Below are positions 1 to 13,547 of a stretch of 31,646 nucleotides of DNA, piece by piece. The stretch comes from a virus (Duplodnaviria; Caudoviricetes), in IMG/VR virus record IMGVR_UViG_3300025698_000029, positions 1 through 31,646 of that record, one strand, 5' to 3'. Position numbers and translations under genes: made by a program. Numbering within the stretch: position 1 is the stretch's first letter; every line of letters starts with the position of its first letter. The notes under the pieces are model-generated. The model saw only the letters and a list, made by a program, of their open reading frames with translations. It made no database searches and had not been told where the DNA came from.

Positions 1-1
1 A

Positions 2-3000
2 TAAGAATATATTTTTTAATTCATCTTTCAGCATACCAAACAATATAATATATAATATTGATCTTATAGATTTTAATGTTGCTACAGGTGCTGAATATGT
101 TTCATAATTCTTCTTGATCATATTTAATACATAATCAGTCTGCTTAATTGCAAAAGTTTTCAGAGTGTATAAATATCTCATTCCTCATGGATGATCCCAA
201 TATGCTTTTGTCATCTCTGTCTGACTTTGTGGCTGGATCTTACATAATTGAGCATATACATATTGTCTAGTATTTTTATTCTTTCTCTTATTTTTGAAAT
301 CATCTACAAGTTTTTCTACATGTTCTTCTGAATAATATTTGTTTAGAAAGTTCATAAACTTCTTATCTCATTTTTTTGTTAATTTTACTGCTTCATCAAA
401 TGCACTATTTAATATAACTTCTTTACCATATCTATCCATTTTTGTAAATCATGTTATAGTCAATAACCTAGTCAATAACTGCTCTGTGCTAGATTTTCAC
501 ATTGGAACATCTGATGATATAGAGTGTACAACATCTGATTTTTTGAATATAGATTTTCAAAGCATAGCTCTTGTGAAATTCTTTGTGGCTGGCTTTACTC
601 AATATTCTGATGCTCCCAATCATACGTCTCATAATTGTGTCATTGTACTAGCAAAATTACATATCTTTACTGTATATGTAAGTGCTTTTAATTTTTGTAC
701 CAGTTCTGTAGTAACATCTGAACCTATACGAGATACCATATATTTAATAACAATTTCTTCTTGTCATTTATCTACCAATCCATCTTTTACATAAGACTTA
801 ACTTTTTTAACTACCAATGAATTTAGTTCATCTTTTGTATCCCAATTTGATTCAAGGAATTTTACCATTGTTACCTTAGAAACATATTGATTCATATATT
901 TAGACATACTTTCTCTCATGTTGAAGTAGAATTTTGCTGTCTCCTTTGTTAGAGTCTCCAAAACCCTCTTTTGAGTGAACGATAATTTTAGATCTGATCA
1001 TTCAGGTCTTGCTCATGATATAAGTGCTATCCTTAGATCTTCTTTCTCCGCATCAGACATTTTCCCCCTGATCCTCTCTACTCTTTCTACTGCATTTTCT
1101 ATGTGTCCTCGTAATTCTTTATCTGTTTTAAAGTGTTCTAATAATCATTGCCTATCTTTGATCATAGATGCCCAATAATTTTCTTTATATCAAACTTCTA
1201 TTCCAGCTTCGATAAGATCCATATATGCTTCATCAAAGAATTTTAGAGCTTTATCAAACCCTGCTGGTGCTAATCCATATGATTTTAATATCTCTTTAGA
1301 TGTCTTGAAATCTTGTCATCTTGCTGATAACCATAATTTTAAGAAATCTGCCTTTTCTCTATCTTCTAATACTCATAAGAATTCTAGAATATTCTCAGTC
1401 TTTGCTAGAGCTTTTCTAGTTCATCTTTTTAATTTCTTTGTAGGTTCTATTTTATCTTCTCTAATATCTATAGTTTCATATAATTTCATAACTTTATCTT
1501 CTTCCTCAAAATCTACTTGATCTTTGAAGTCTTGTCGTAATTTTGGAGATCTATTTTCTATAATTGTTCCTCATGGTCTAAAAGTTCATCTCATATATTG
1601 TAGAACTTCTTTCATAACCTTAAATCTACCATGTCATAAGATCATAGTAGCTTCGTCCTCATTTACTGCATTATCATCATAATATGTTTCGTTTATCTCT
1701 TTATTAGGAATCAATAATTCTTTGTTGATGAAATCTTCTGATTTACCATATCAATCTTTAAGTATCTGTGATTTTTTTAATAGATCTTTTCATCTCAATA
1801 TATTCTCTACTTCTGATATTTCATTTCATCTAGCTCTAGATTTTAGCATTGCTCAACCAAATATAGATACTCATTTCTTTTGCTGTTCTGTTAGATTTGC
1901 TCATTTAAGATCTCAAAGATTTACTCAAAATACTGTGTCAAATTCTTCTTTCTCTTTTTTTGGTAGAGATTCAAAAAATTCTGCTGTCTCTAATATATCG
2001 TTATTTAATATTGTATTTATCTCTTTTACATCCATAGGATTAAGATCCTGAGTCAATGGATCTGCATTTGCTTCTGATCTTTTTGTATATTCTTCAAATT
2101 GTTTATCGAAAGATTTTCTTGAATCTGATTTCATTTGTCTATCATCAACCATTTTATCATACATATCTACTGCTTCGTTTGCATCTAATTCAAATTCTTG
2201 TCATATAGATTCTATAAGACTTTCTTGGTCTTTTCTCCATGATTTGCTTTGTTTATCAGAGTGTGCTTTATCAACTTTCTTTCATGCAACAGTTCATATC
2301 AACTGCTCCCTAGCTTCCATTTTTTGTACTCTCTCAACATAATTATTGTATGATCTTGTGTATGGATCTGTTTGAAGTTTATAATATGTTTTAGCAGAGC
2401 TAGGTATCTTTGAGCTACTGAATCATTTTACATCTTTGAATTTTCCTTCGATCATATCATCAAATAATTGGTTGATTGATGCTCTATCAATTTTCATTGC
2501 TTGAAAGAACTCAAAAACTTGTTGAAAGAAATCCATAACTTTCTCAATAAATCAATCTACTCATGTTGATCTTTTTAATTCAAAAGCTTTTATTTGTCAT
2601 CTTCTAGCATATACTCAAAAAGATTCAGCAAGTCGCTCCTCAGCAATAAGTTGATTATCTGTATCTAAATATATCATTGCTTCTGCCAATAACTCTTTTC
2701 TTGTTTTTGTATCTGTTAATCTAAATAATCCATGAAATAACTCATGTTGTGCTGTAGTGTCAGTAATATCTTTTGCTAATGTAATTGTATTTTTGAAAAA
2801 TGATCCTAGAGCTTCCTGTCAATCATCAGTAAATATCTTGTCAGTGAATTCAGCAACAAATCAAGCATTTTTTGCTTGTTTTTCTATTAGTTTTCGCCCT
2901 TCTGTTTGTGATATTTCCTTTGCTAATGGACTCTTAAAGACATAAGCTTTGTCTACCGCTTCAAAATATTTCTCATCGTCTTTTAATTCTTTTTTCTTGT

Positions 3001-6000
3001 CTGTAGTTGATTTTTTAAATGCTACTACTGGTCATTTATCTTCTTCTTTTAGATCAAATTGTATCCATTCAGCTCAGTCTGACTCTACTATTTCTGCATC
3101 TTTTCTTGTTTTTTGTATATATGGTATTAATTTTCTATCATAGAAATCTACTACTGTTTTTTGTTCATCAGATAGGTTTTCATATTGCTCATCTCGATCT
3201 GATCATTCAGTATCTCATGATGATTGAAATTCCTCATATGCTCATTCTTTGAATACTGTAATATTTCAATCATTATTTGCTACAACCATTCAATATCACA
3301 TATTTTCAAGTGTATCTAATACTCTCATTTTTCTATCATGATCATCTTTCGTATATCTATCTTCTTCTACCCACTCCTCAAATTCATTTTGTAGATTTTC
3401 AGTTACATATTCTGATTCAGTTAAATCTCATAGATCTGTATCAGGATATTGAGCTTTCAAAAACTCTGTAGCATCATAATCGTCAAGATTCTCAAACAAA
3501 TTATCAACTTCTTCCTTTATAAATTCTTCAACAGTTGTCTCAAATGCAAACTCTGAGTCAGAAATTACTCCATATCAAGATCAATCTCAATAAACTGTTG
3601 TAACAATTACATTTCATAAATCTCATTCATGCTCATCTCATACCTCTAATCATTCAGGCATTTGTCATCCTGTTTCTAAGTATCATTGAATTTTTGCTAC
3701 TGTCTTTCAAACTGGTATTTGTACTGATTCTGCTCCTTTGCTTTTAGATTCTCTTATAAATTCTTTTACTAATCTTTCATGTCGTTTACTTTTATAATCT
3801 TCAAATTGTTGCAATTTAGTTATTTCTTCTTCTGATGCATTGTCTATATTATCCTGCTCGTTTTTAATTTCTTTCTTGAAATATATAATCTTTGCTTCTA
3901 TATTAGCTTCAACAAAATCAATTAGTTGGTCAATCGTCTTCTCAACATGAACACTTCCTTTTTGATGTTCTAAAAGATCTGATGCTAATGATCTTAATAT
4001 ATATGTCTCAACTCTTAGTTCCTTTGCAGATTCTATCATTATATTTTCTGATACCTCTCTTTCCTCTAAAGATCTATTGAATAACTGATGTTTCTCATCT
4101 ATAATCTCCTCTGCTATTTCTTTATTGTCTCTAAGCTTTTGTAATGTATCTATTTCAATATCTAATCTTTTTAATTGCTTTGTCGTTTCCTTAACATAAA
4201 ATTTTGAATCATGGAGTTTACTATCTCATTCATATCTTCTTCATTGCATTAGATCTGACTGCAACTCAATTAATCTTATCATATTATCCTCCTCTATTTC
4301 TTCTATCCTTACATGTCAAAAATATGACTCCGTATCATTTCCAAAGTGAGATCATGATGCTTTTGTTTCATATGGAGATTCTAATAGCCATGTTGTCTGA
4401 GCTTTTGTTTCATATGGAGATTCTAATAGCCATGTTGTCTGAGCTTTTGCTTCTACATATCTACCTGATTCTTTATATTCTTTGCTGTTTCCATCTATTA
4501 AATAATTATAGTCTGCAAATTTTCTAGATTCCTTTACGTTTAATGGCAATAATTTATCTTTAAATTTCTTTATAAATTCTATTTTACTAACCTTTTCTCA
4601 TTCCATAGAATCCAATATTTCTTTTGCTATCCTAATTTCAGGTCATTTATATCATCTGTTAAGCATTCACTCTAACATCTGTCTTGATACAATATCCTTT
4701 TTACTTGATGTCTTTAGATCTTCTATAAATTTTGTTGTTAGTTCTTTTTTTGAATTATCTCGTCTTTTAGTTTCTAGATCTTGGTATATTTTATCATATT
4801 CTTTATTAACATTATTATATTTATCAAAAACTTCTATCTGTCTATTTATTATATCTTTTGATCTTTTTGGTAATCTATCAAAGAAATCAAAGTCTGTTAA
4901 ATTTCTTGCAATAACCTCATTGAATTTTCATTCTTCTAATACATCAGTTAAAGTAGATATTCAAGGTCAATATCATTTCTTATCAATATTTAGAGCTTTC
5001 AGATCATCATATACAACAGAAATCTCCTCGTCTTTTACTTTATATTCATCATATAGATCTGTTCTTTTTTGTCTTTTTTCTTGATGAGTCTTCTCTAATT
5101 CTTCTTTATAATTGAATGTTTTTTCATTTGCTTCTCATTCTTTTATTTGGTATTTTTGTTCCTCTACTCTTTTTCCATCTATCTTTTTAATTGCTTCATC
5201 TCTTTTATTTTGTTTGTTTATTTGAGATTGATTTACTCATGCTTGTATAGATCATGGTAATCATATTCAGAAACTTGTTAATCATGCTTCAACAAATAGA
5301 TCCCAATTTTCTTTTAATGTACTCCAATCTCTATCTGATCACATAATTATAGCAATCGCATCTTGTAGATTTGATTGTGCTACTTCTTCTGCTCATTCAA
5401 ATCACATTGTTTCAGCTAATTGTTTTACTGCACTTAATAATGCAGGTCATGATTTTCATGTTATAGCTTTCTTTATAGTTAATGGAGATAGAGCTATTTC
5501 CATACCTTTTCATTCTATGAAAGATGATATTAATCAATACATATTTGCTAATATATCTTTTGTTCATGGATCTAGATCTTTTGTTGCTGGATCAGTATTT
5601 AGATCTTCTAACATTGAATTTGATTCTAATGGAAGAAATGCCATTCCTCATGCTGTAGGACTCTTTGTTAAAAGAGTTACAAGGACTGGTCAAATATTTT
5701 GTCATATAACTGATACAAGCTTATTTCAGACTGTGTTTATATCTCATTCATATAATGCTTTTAGCATAGATTTCTGATCTGTTTTAGATTGAAGATCATC
5801 CAATCGTGGTCTATTATCAAAAAACTTTGTTTCTTGTTCTTTTATTGCATCAACCACTGTATTTGATCATTTATTTATAAGTGATTCTACAGTTTTTTGC
5901 ATACTAGAACTTAATGAAGCATTTAATATTGATCATACAGGATTAATACTAGATCATATATATTTTCATATAATTCATCATTTTAATGAATCGGGTAAAT

Positions 6001-6496
6001 ATTTATCTATAAATCATGCTGGATCTGTAATTAGATTTCATGCAGATCTTATATTTGGTCATGCAAGTCATTTTGCAGTATCAAATCACATACGAGCTAC
6101 TGAACCTTTTAATATTTGTGCTTTTTGTTCTGCTGATCATGCTAGATTTCAATACTCTTTAAATTCTTCTTGTTTTTCTGCTCTAACTTCTTCTTGTGGT
6201 CTAGCCATATCTTGTACTGGATTCCATCGTTTATTTGTGAAAGAGTTTTTGGTTTTTTCAAAAAAGCTAGGTGCTTCTGTTATTGAAGCAAGTCCACCTC
6301 TATCCTTAGTACCTCTAACATATCATTTTCATTCAGTTCAAACTAATGATTGTTTTGGTTGTGTAGGATTAGATCATAACATAGCATTCACTCATCATTG
6401 CTGTACTTGTGATGTCTGTGTAGGTACATCATTTTCTCAATCAAAAATATCTATTACTTTATCTTTAGCTTTATTGAAGAAATCAAATAATCACAT
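2..6496 (-). CDS. Giant virion DNA-injection / large polyvalent protein (>2,160 aa, runs off window end) with a zincin-like HExxH metallopeptidase motif
   Basis: ATG at 6496 (MGLFDFFNKAK...). The track fragments 4352-4549, 3707-4039, 1925-2164 and 764-961 share this frame and are joined by TGA=Gly. Contains TTAQHELFHGLFRL...EEWLAESF (2620-2760) and HVR..ELQSD..W..FYD motifs. Not every codon was checked by hand. Confidence 0.8.
4359..4449. repeat. Exact 42-bp tandem duplication (2 copies + 7 bp), in frame
   Basis: gcttttgtttcatatggagattctaatagccatgttgtctga at 4359-4400 and 4401-4442; encodes AQTTWLLESPYETK twice. Confidence 0.95.
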
Positions 6497-6507
6497 ATAT
6501 ATTTGTT

Positions 6508-8094
6508 TTAGCTATCTAAAATTTCTCATCTTCTTCCTCGTAATCAGAAGAACCATGATCATTTAATTCATGCTTTTTTTAACAATTGTTTTTGAACCTT
6601 CTCAGGTATTCATCATAATAAACCTAGAATTTTTGTATTTTGTTCTTCTTCTGTACCTCATCATGACATAACTGCTTTTATTTCAGATATTACATCTCTA
6701 CCCATATTTGTAATCATTTCTTCAATATCTCATTCTGTGAAATAAGAACTTCATGCTAGATTTAATATTTCTTCATATGATTTATTATTTCATATCCATT
6801 CTTTTATACCTGTTTTTGTAGTAGGTCATAGCCCATATGTTTTCATTGCTGTTTGGCTATATGATCCTCAAAATGATCAACTCGCCATTGCTTCAAATAG
6901 ATTATTATATCATGACGAATCAGCTCAACCTCATCTTGATCATCATCCTGATCATCCTGAACCTTTTTTAGCTTTAAGTTCTGCTTCTGCAAGATCAGCA
7001 TCCATTTTCATACCTTTATAGAAAGCATCTAATATTGTATCTACTTCTTCCATTTGACTACTTAATTTTCATTGTTCAACTAATAACTCATTATCTATAG
7101 TTCTCAACTGTGTTTGTAGGTTTCTAGTTTGTTGAGATATATAAGCACTTGTTAATGAATCAGGTGCTGATGATCATAATATTGCTTTAGCATCTGCTGG
7201 CAAATTGTATATATTTTCTTGCATTTGCATTCTTTGTTTGTCTAATTCTCATACTACATCTTTTTGTAATTGTATCTCAGGATTCTGCATAATTTGTTGT
7301 GTCATTGTGAACATCTCAGCTGAATTCTCTCAGAATTGTGCAGTAATTTTGTCAAATAATTTCTTATTATATTTCTCCAAAGTTGTAGGAGGTGTTATTT
7401 TATCAGTCTTTATTTTATAATTTGCATATGGATCTCCATCTTTTTTTGTTGTATTTAGTGAATCATATATACTTTCTCAAACTGCATTTATATCATCCAA
7501 TCATTGCTTTGCTTCTATATAAGCACTTATTCATGCAAATAATTCAGGATTTACATTCTTAATGTCTATAATTGAAGGATCAAATTGTTCTAATGTTCCT
7601 GCAATTATACTATCTCAGATCTGTTTAGGAGATAGAGATGATATAGAATTGAAGTTATTTCGTCTTTTTCTTGCTTTCTCAGTTGCTACTCATTGACCTT
7701 GTATTACCTCTCAATTCAGCATTTGTTTGAATAAAAAGTCAGTATTATTTACATCATCATAATCAATTTGTACTTGATCAGGATCTGTTGGATCTCAGCT
7801 ATTTATTTCTGTTTCAGGTACATTATTTGGATTTGTTTCATCATTAATATTTGGATTCACATCTTCTACTTTTGGAGTTCATGCAGGTGCTATAGCATTT
7901 CTAACGTTAGTTAAAGCTCATGCTGTACCATTAGGATTGGCAGGAGTTTCTATTTTTGGATTTATATCGTTAGATATATCAGATCAATCAATGATTTTTT
8001 GTCATTGTTTTAAGACACTATCTTCTGTTTGTTTTCAGGCATTGTAGTCATTATTTAGATTTCTCATTTTACCCCTTTCTCCAAAAGTTACCAT
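6508..8094 (-). CDS. Putative DNA-injection (internal virion) protein, 528 aa
   Basis: ATG 8094 to TAA 6508 with TGA=Gly. P/N/D-rich N-terminus, helical middle, GSGGSGG linker. Lies between the tail proteins and the giant protein, as P22-like ejection proteins do; function inferred from position. Confidence 0.65.
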
Positions 8095-8097
8095 GAT

Positions 8098-8901
8098 TTA
8101 TCGGTTAGATTTTAAATATTGTACACTCAAATCTGTATAATCCTCTAATAGTTTTATTTCTCATGAGAACGTTGCTTCATATTCTGCTAACATTACGAAC
8201 TCTAGAGTATCTCATTTTTTCAGTTCCATAAACGATTCTCTATATCCTCAATTAAATTGTCTAGTCATCCTCAGATCATCTAGATATATTGTTCATGATG
8301 CTGTACATGACCCACTTACTGATCATCAATCTGAACATGATCAACTTATAGATCCTGATACATTTATTTGTATTCCTGTGTTACTTGCATACTCTTTATG
8401 GAACAATGTTTGCCCATCAGAACAGGCTATTCATAATATATATCATGTGATATGTGATACAAAATTCACTCAAAAGTTGTAGCTTACTTTATATATCCCA
8501 TCTCTTTGGATAGTAATGATGTTTCAGGTATTTTCAATAGCTGATATATTATCTGATGCATTATTTAGTGCAAATCAGAAATCATCGTATATTTGAGTTC
8601 ATGATCAACTTCTTGATTCGTCTCATCCCAGTCTCATATTTAATATATCTGCTGGTATCATTTCAATTGATTTACCTTTTGATCATACCATAACATTCCA
8701 ATTTTTTCTACCCTGATATGTTTTCATTCCTTCATTTGAAAAATCTCCCATATCGAATAATCTTAGATTATCTACTGGCTGATTCAATCATGGTGTATCT
8801 TCTTGGATTGGATCATCGAAATCATTATTGACTTCAACTGGATCATCGTAGAACCCCGTATCCACATCCATGTTAGGATTTAATTCTTCTTGTGAGGTCA
8901 T
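8098..8901 (-). CDS. Virion/tail protein with a beta-sandwich (C1q/BclA-like) C-terminal domain, 267 aa
   Basis: ATG 8901 overlaps the nozzle gene end, TAA 8098. Motif ITIQRDGIYKVSYNF resembles the C1q/BclA 'I...G.Y.V.Y' pattern. Confidence 0.55.
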
Positions 8902-10399
8902 AGTTTAAATTGAGTTCATAAAATCTTGGTGTTACTGTTTCGTCTGTTCATCTTGTTAAAAGTATTTGATACTCCATAACATTCCATTCTTTATTGAAGT
9001 CAGGATCTGTTGTTGGAAATAGATCAGCATACATCTTATCAACATCTGTTACAGTTTTTATAGTGTAGAAGTTACCAAATCATGTACTTTCTCTATCACG
9101 TCTTATTTTGATTGTTATGCTTCAAGCAGAAGCACTATCTTTAGACAATAAATATCATATTGTTGATTTTAAATTAGTTTTTCCTTCTCACATAATTCAT
9201 CAATCGTATATTCTTCAAATTAGGAATCCACTAGGTTGATATGTATTACTAATCCATTCTGTATTCGCTCTAAGTTCTCTATAAGCTCATCAAAATTGAT
9301 ATTGGCAACTTACATAAAAATAATCTCCAAATATATAACAATTATATGGATAATAATTTCACAAAAAATCATCTAGAGTCCATTCTAGTAATCAACTCCA
9401 TATTCAATCTACTTTCTTAAATGTTCGTATTCAATCTGCCATAGGACAATATAGAACTCCATCTTTAATATCCATATTATTTCATGGAGATCATATAAAT
9501 GTTGTCATATCTCATCCATCATTTGGAAGTCTAGTTCTTTGCATCTCCATCCTACTATATCATTTTATTTCGTATAATATATATTCTGTTGAATCTGCTG
9601 AATTTCTAAATAATGCATAATCTGATGTTCAATCAGTTGTTACACTTTCTAGATATAATCTATCAAAACTTACAGTTTGTACTAATCATGTATCTTCTAC
9701 ATCGAAAGTACCTTTTGCATAATGAATTTTTGTATCTAAATTATTATTTACTAGATATATTTTTAGATAATTTCCCTCCATAGTTAAACCTTTGATCTCA
9801 GAATCATCTTCAAATTCTCTTATAACTTTCCATCAAATAGGAAGTTCAGGAGTTGCTATTGGTATATATCTCCATAATTTATTATGATCAGCTACTAATA
9901 ACATTGTGTTAGAGTAGTCTAGAACTGCTGTTGCAGATCAAAATGTATGTACAGTACCACTAAATGGATCTGTATATGTTGGAGATGCTATTGGTGCTAT
10001 AGCTCATTGTCATAACGTTGTATCAAATACTGTTATATCATTTCAAAATGCCCATATATCTTCTTGAAATTTTAATACAAAATCATCTGAATCTCATGTA
10101 AGATTTCAGATTAATTGTGTTGTAGTAGGTCGTTGTGAATTATTTTGTAATAAAGCTCTTTGAAATCATCATGTCTCAATTTTTACTAGCTGTGAGTGAT
10201 TATTTCAGACATACATGAATCTTGATGTCGGATTATTTCCTGTGTCATTCGTATTTTCTAATAAAGAGCTTAGACAAATTCAGTTAGAAATATCTCTAAC
10301 ATTTACATTTCTAGCATATTGGAATTGTCCTTTGTGTCATACAAAAGGATCTTTCGACTCTCATCTATTCCATTGTTTTTCTAGATATTTTTTTGCCAT
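8873..10399 (-). CDS. Tail nozzle / DNA-stabilisation protein (P22 gp10 / T7 gp12-like position), 508 aa
   Basis: ATG 10399 (TAATG overlap with the adaptor stop) to TAA 8873. Beta-rich; N-terminal 'G..DP....GQFQYARNVNV'; directly follows the adaptor. Confidence 0.6.
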
Positions 10400-11121
10400 T
10401 ATAATCGCATAAGATTAGTTAAAACAGGATTTCTATATTGTCATGGTTGCATGTATCTATCTCATATAGCAGTTAGCATTTCTAATAATGCTTCATTCCA
10501 TTCCTCTTTATAAAACTTAGCATCAACACTTTTATTTGTTTTCTTTAATTGGTACGACATTCCTTCTAAAATTACCCATATATAATCTCGAGGTATTGAT
10601 AGAGCTGATTCTACTGTAGTCAATGCAACATCTACATTTGTTCTAGCATATCTTAATACTAATCAATTTGTAACATTTATTGTAGGTGCTGGATATATTC
10701 TTAGTTTTTTATTATCAAATCTAAAATATGGAGCATCTACTGATTGATTGTCTGTATATCGTGCAACTGGATTAGGTAGATTTCCTGCTGGCATCTCTGT
10801 AGCTTTTACTCAACTTCCTTCTCATGATGTAGTTGAATATTTAACTGTACATTCTAACAATGCCTTTAATTCAGGTATTGTAGGTACTGCTGGAGATCCT
10901 GAATCTCATAATGGAAGATCGTATTCTGTTTGACCAGCAACAAGACTAATTGTTAATCATTCATCAAAAAATCATTCCATAACAAAATGAGCTATTTGAT
11001 TTTCAGCTCTATGTAAATATCTATTGAATCGAATTAATGCTTTCGCAGGAGTAAGATCTGTTGCATTCTTTGCATTATCAAATAATCGTTCTGTAATATA
11101 ATCGTTTATTGTTCTAGCCAT
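10399..11121 (-). CDS. Head-tail adaptor protein, 240 aa
   Basis: ATG 11121 to TAA 10399. Motifs ISLVAGQTEYDLP and LRIYPAP are typical of podovirus adaptor proteins. Confidence 0.75.
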
Positions 11122-11157
11122 GATCTATATAAAATAATAAAATAAACTATCATTTTA

Positions 11158-11184
11158 TTGGAGATCATGAAGATCTCCATAATA
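11158..11184 (-). terminator. Intergenic hairpin after the decoration gene (terminator or processing site)
   Basis: TGGAGATC-ttcat-GATCTCCA inverted repeat directly after the TAA at 11186; no clear U-tract. Confidence 0.5.
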
Positions 11185-11185
11185 T

Positions 11186-11632
11186 TTATGAACCCACGAA
11201 TCCAAAGTAATCTACAAATACTGTAGTGATTCCAGTAGCAGTCAATTCAGTTGTACCTCATACGAAGTCTGCTCAACTTTCATTAATTACTAACATAAAT
11301 CACAATATTGCATATTCATTATTTAACTTTTTAATTTCTCATGTATTCATTTTTAATGTTTTTGCTTTATCGTCAGATTTTTCTACAGTATATTCATTAA
11401 GTCCTGTAGTTGCGTTATATTTTACTCAGAAAGTAAATATAGCTTGAAAATCATCTGATATTGTTCCTACTAAAGCTGTAAGATCTGTATCAGCTACAAT
11501 TGGTCGAGATAAGTCTCATCCAATTTTTACTAAACACGTTGCTCAAACTTTAGCTTTTGTCGCATCTACTGCTGATACTGCCAAAGCAGGATCTAGTACA
11601 GGACAATTCACTTCATGGTCTAAAAATGCCAT
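11186..11632 (-). CDS. Putative capsid decoration/cement protein, 148 aa
   Basis: ATG 11632 to TAA 11186, immediately downstream of the major capsid gene; C-terminal DFVGGTTELTATGITTVFVD. Confidence 0.55.
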
Positions 11633-11654
11633 TTTTTAAGTTTGTAATAAAGTA

Positions 11655-11691
11655 AAATAAGAAAATAGGAGAAGGTTTGATCCCTCTCCTA
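11655..11691 (-). terminator. Rho-independent terminator after the major capsid gene
   Basis: Minus strand TAGGAGAGGG-atcaaa-CCTTCTCCTA followed by TTTTCTTATTT. Confidence 0.8.
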
Positions 11692-11698
11692 AGTTATC

Positions 11699-12643
11699 TT
11701 AACTAAATGTATATGCTAATGTAGAAGCTGACTCAACTCTAGTCATTGCGTCTTGTTGCAATATAATAGAATTAAATGCTACTTTACAACCCACCTTTTG
11801 TCTTTGTGCCAAAGGATCTGAATCAGATGCAGATCTAGGAGTGATGTATGTTCTCAAAGCTTGCAAATCAGCAACTCCGTATGCTCCTTCTCACATTACA
11901 TAAGTTGGATAAACAGTAACTGTTGATGTGAAAGATTGAACCCATGCAGATTTTACTACTCTTACGTTGTACAACATACCAATTTCTCAGTTCATGATGT
12001 CTTTCGCATTAGCATCAGTGTATTTTTTAAGATCTAAGAAAGCTCATGCTGATGCTCCTGTTTGAAGATCGTAAATAACATTAGGATGCATAACTGCTAC
12101 GTAAGCATCTCCCATTGTAGGAGCTGATTTTGTAGACAAAAATGCGTTTGCTTTTGCTAGAAGGGTTGGAGTCATCAGGTCAGTAGCTCCCAAAGTTGCT
12201 CTAGAAGTTGCTGATCCTGCATAGATAACGTTTGTTCAGTTTGTTTCAAGATTAGCTTGGATAACTGAATCCATTACTCTAGCCATATCTTTTCCTAAAA
12301 CCTTTGCAGATTCCTTAATCATTTGGATTGGAGAAGAATCCTCTAGAATATCTGTGATAGTTGCAAATTCTCCGTATTGGTTTGCAGTTACAGATATAGT
12401 AGTAGTAGTTATATTAGTAGCAGTTGGAGTAACTCCTTCTGTCAATAATACAGATGCAGGTGTAGATATTTTTCTATCTACCTTTGTTCGAGACAAAGTG
12501 TTGTACCCTTTTTTCCATGCTGATTTTTTACCCATAGAGTAAAATCTCAAATTTGGCTCGAAGTTTTCTAATACAGTGCGGTTTAATCGAATTTGTAACA
12601 ATTGTCATGAGGTATTGACGTTTCCTTTAGTTGTCATTCCCAT
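11699..12643 (-). CDS. Major capsid protein (HK97 fold, N4-gp56-like family), 314 aa
   Basis: ATG 12643 to TAA 11699. Motifs LTEGVTP, QYG, YVAVMHP..YDL, NGEIGMLYNVRVV (TGA=Gly) and SDPLAQR..VG.K. Confidence 0.92.
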
Positions 12644-12671
12644 GATTTAAATAGTTGCAAATAAAATGGTT

Positions 12672-13463
12672 TTATCCAAATTGACTTTCTAATTCCGCTT
12701 CCATTTGGTCAGTGTTCATAGTGTCAATGGATGGTTTACTCGTAGTCGTTTTGTTATCTCTACCTCAAACTTTTAACCCTCATTTAAGTTTGTTGATTTG
12801 TTGTTCATCCAATAATCTAGTAGGATCAGTCTCAGCTATTACTAACTTTGACACATTATCCATAGATAGATTTGGATTTTCCTTAGCAAATTTCGTAATG
12901 TCGTCTTTTAGATCGTCTAAGTCAGGATTGGCAGTCATGAAATCTTCTAGTTCAGAAGTTCTTGTCTTATCAATACCCTTTTCCACTTTGTTGATGTCTC
13001 TTTGAACCAGCTTAACATCTTGTTTAGCATCAATTAGTGCTAAGTCCTTGTCAGCATCGTCATCGAAATCATCATCAAGTTCTCACTTCTTAATCTTTTC
13101 TAATCTTTCGTTGGCTTCCGCTAATTCTTCTTTCAAAGCTTTAGCTTCTTCTCTAGATTCATTTCTTTGAGATAGAAGTTTTTTGACTCATGTTTTCTTA
13201 TCCTCTTTTTTCTGTTCTTCATCCTTGTCAGGATTAGGATCGTCTCATTTGTCATCATCTTCTCAATCATCGTCAGATTTATCGTCATCAGACTTATCGT
13301 CAGGATTAGTGTCGTCAGCTTTGTCATCTGCATTGCTGTCGTCTTCATCTTCCTTTGATGAATCGTCATCCTTCTTAGTCTCAGTGTGTAAATCATTCGG
13401 ATCTAGATCGTTTAGATTTTGTTCCATCTCATCTAGAGTTTTGTCGTCTTCGGTGTGTGTCAT
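12672..13463 (-). CDS. Capsid scaffolding protein, 263 aa, with Asp-rich low-complexity N-terminus
   Basis: ATG 13463 (MTHTEDDK) to TAA 12672; joins track fragments 13263-13550 and 12780-12986; acidic and coiled-coil; directly upstream of the capsid gene. Confidence 0.75.
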
Positions 13464-13547
13464 CGTGCATAACATTAAAAGATAAATATTCCTTCTCAGG
13501 ATACGGTTTTGATATATGGTGTCGCAAACCATTATAACAGTACAAAC

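Noticed and set aside
13230-13380. GATGAC-like short repeats
   Set aside because: They simply encode the Asp-rich low-complexity N-terminus of the scaffold protein
13133-13396. Minus-strand track ORF (87 aa, M/T-rich); likewise 15634-15825 and 28779-29012
   Set aside because: Out-of-frame overlaps of the scaffold, portal and lysis-module genes
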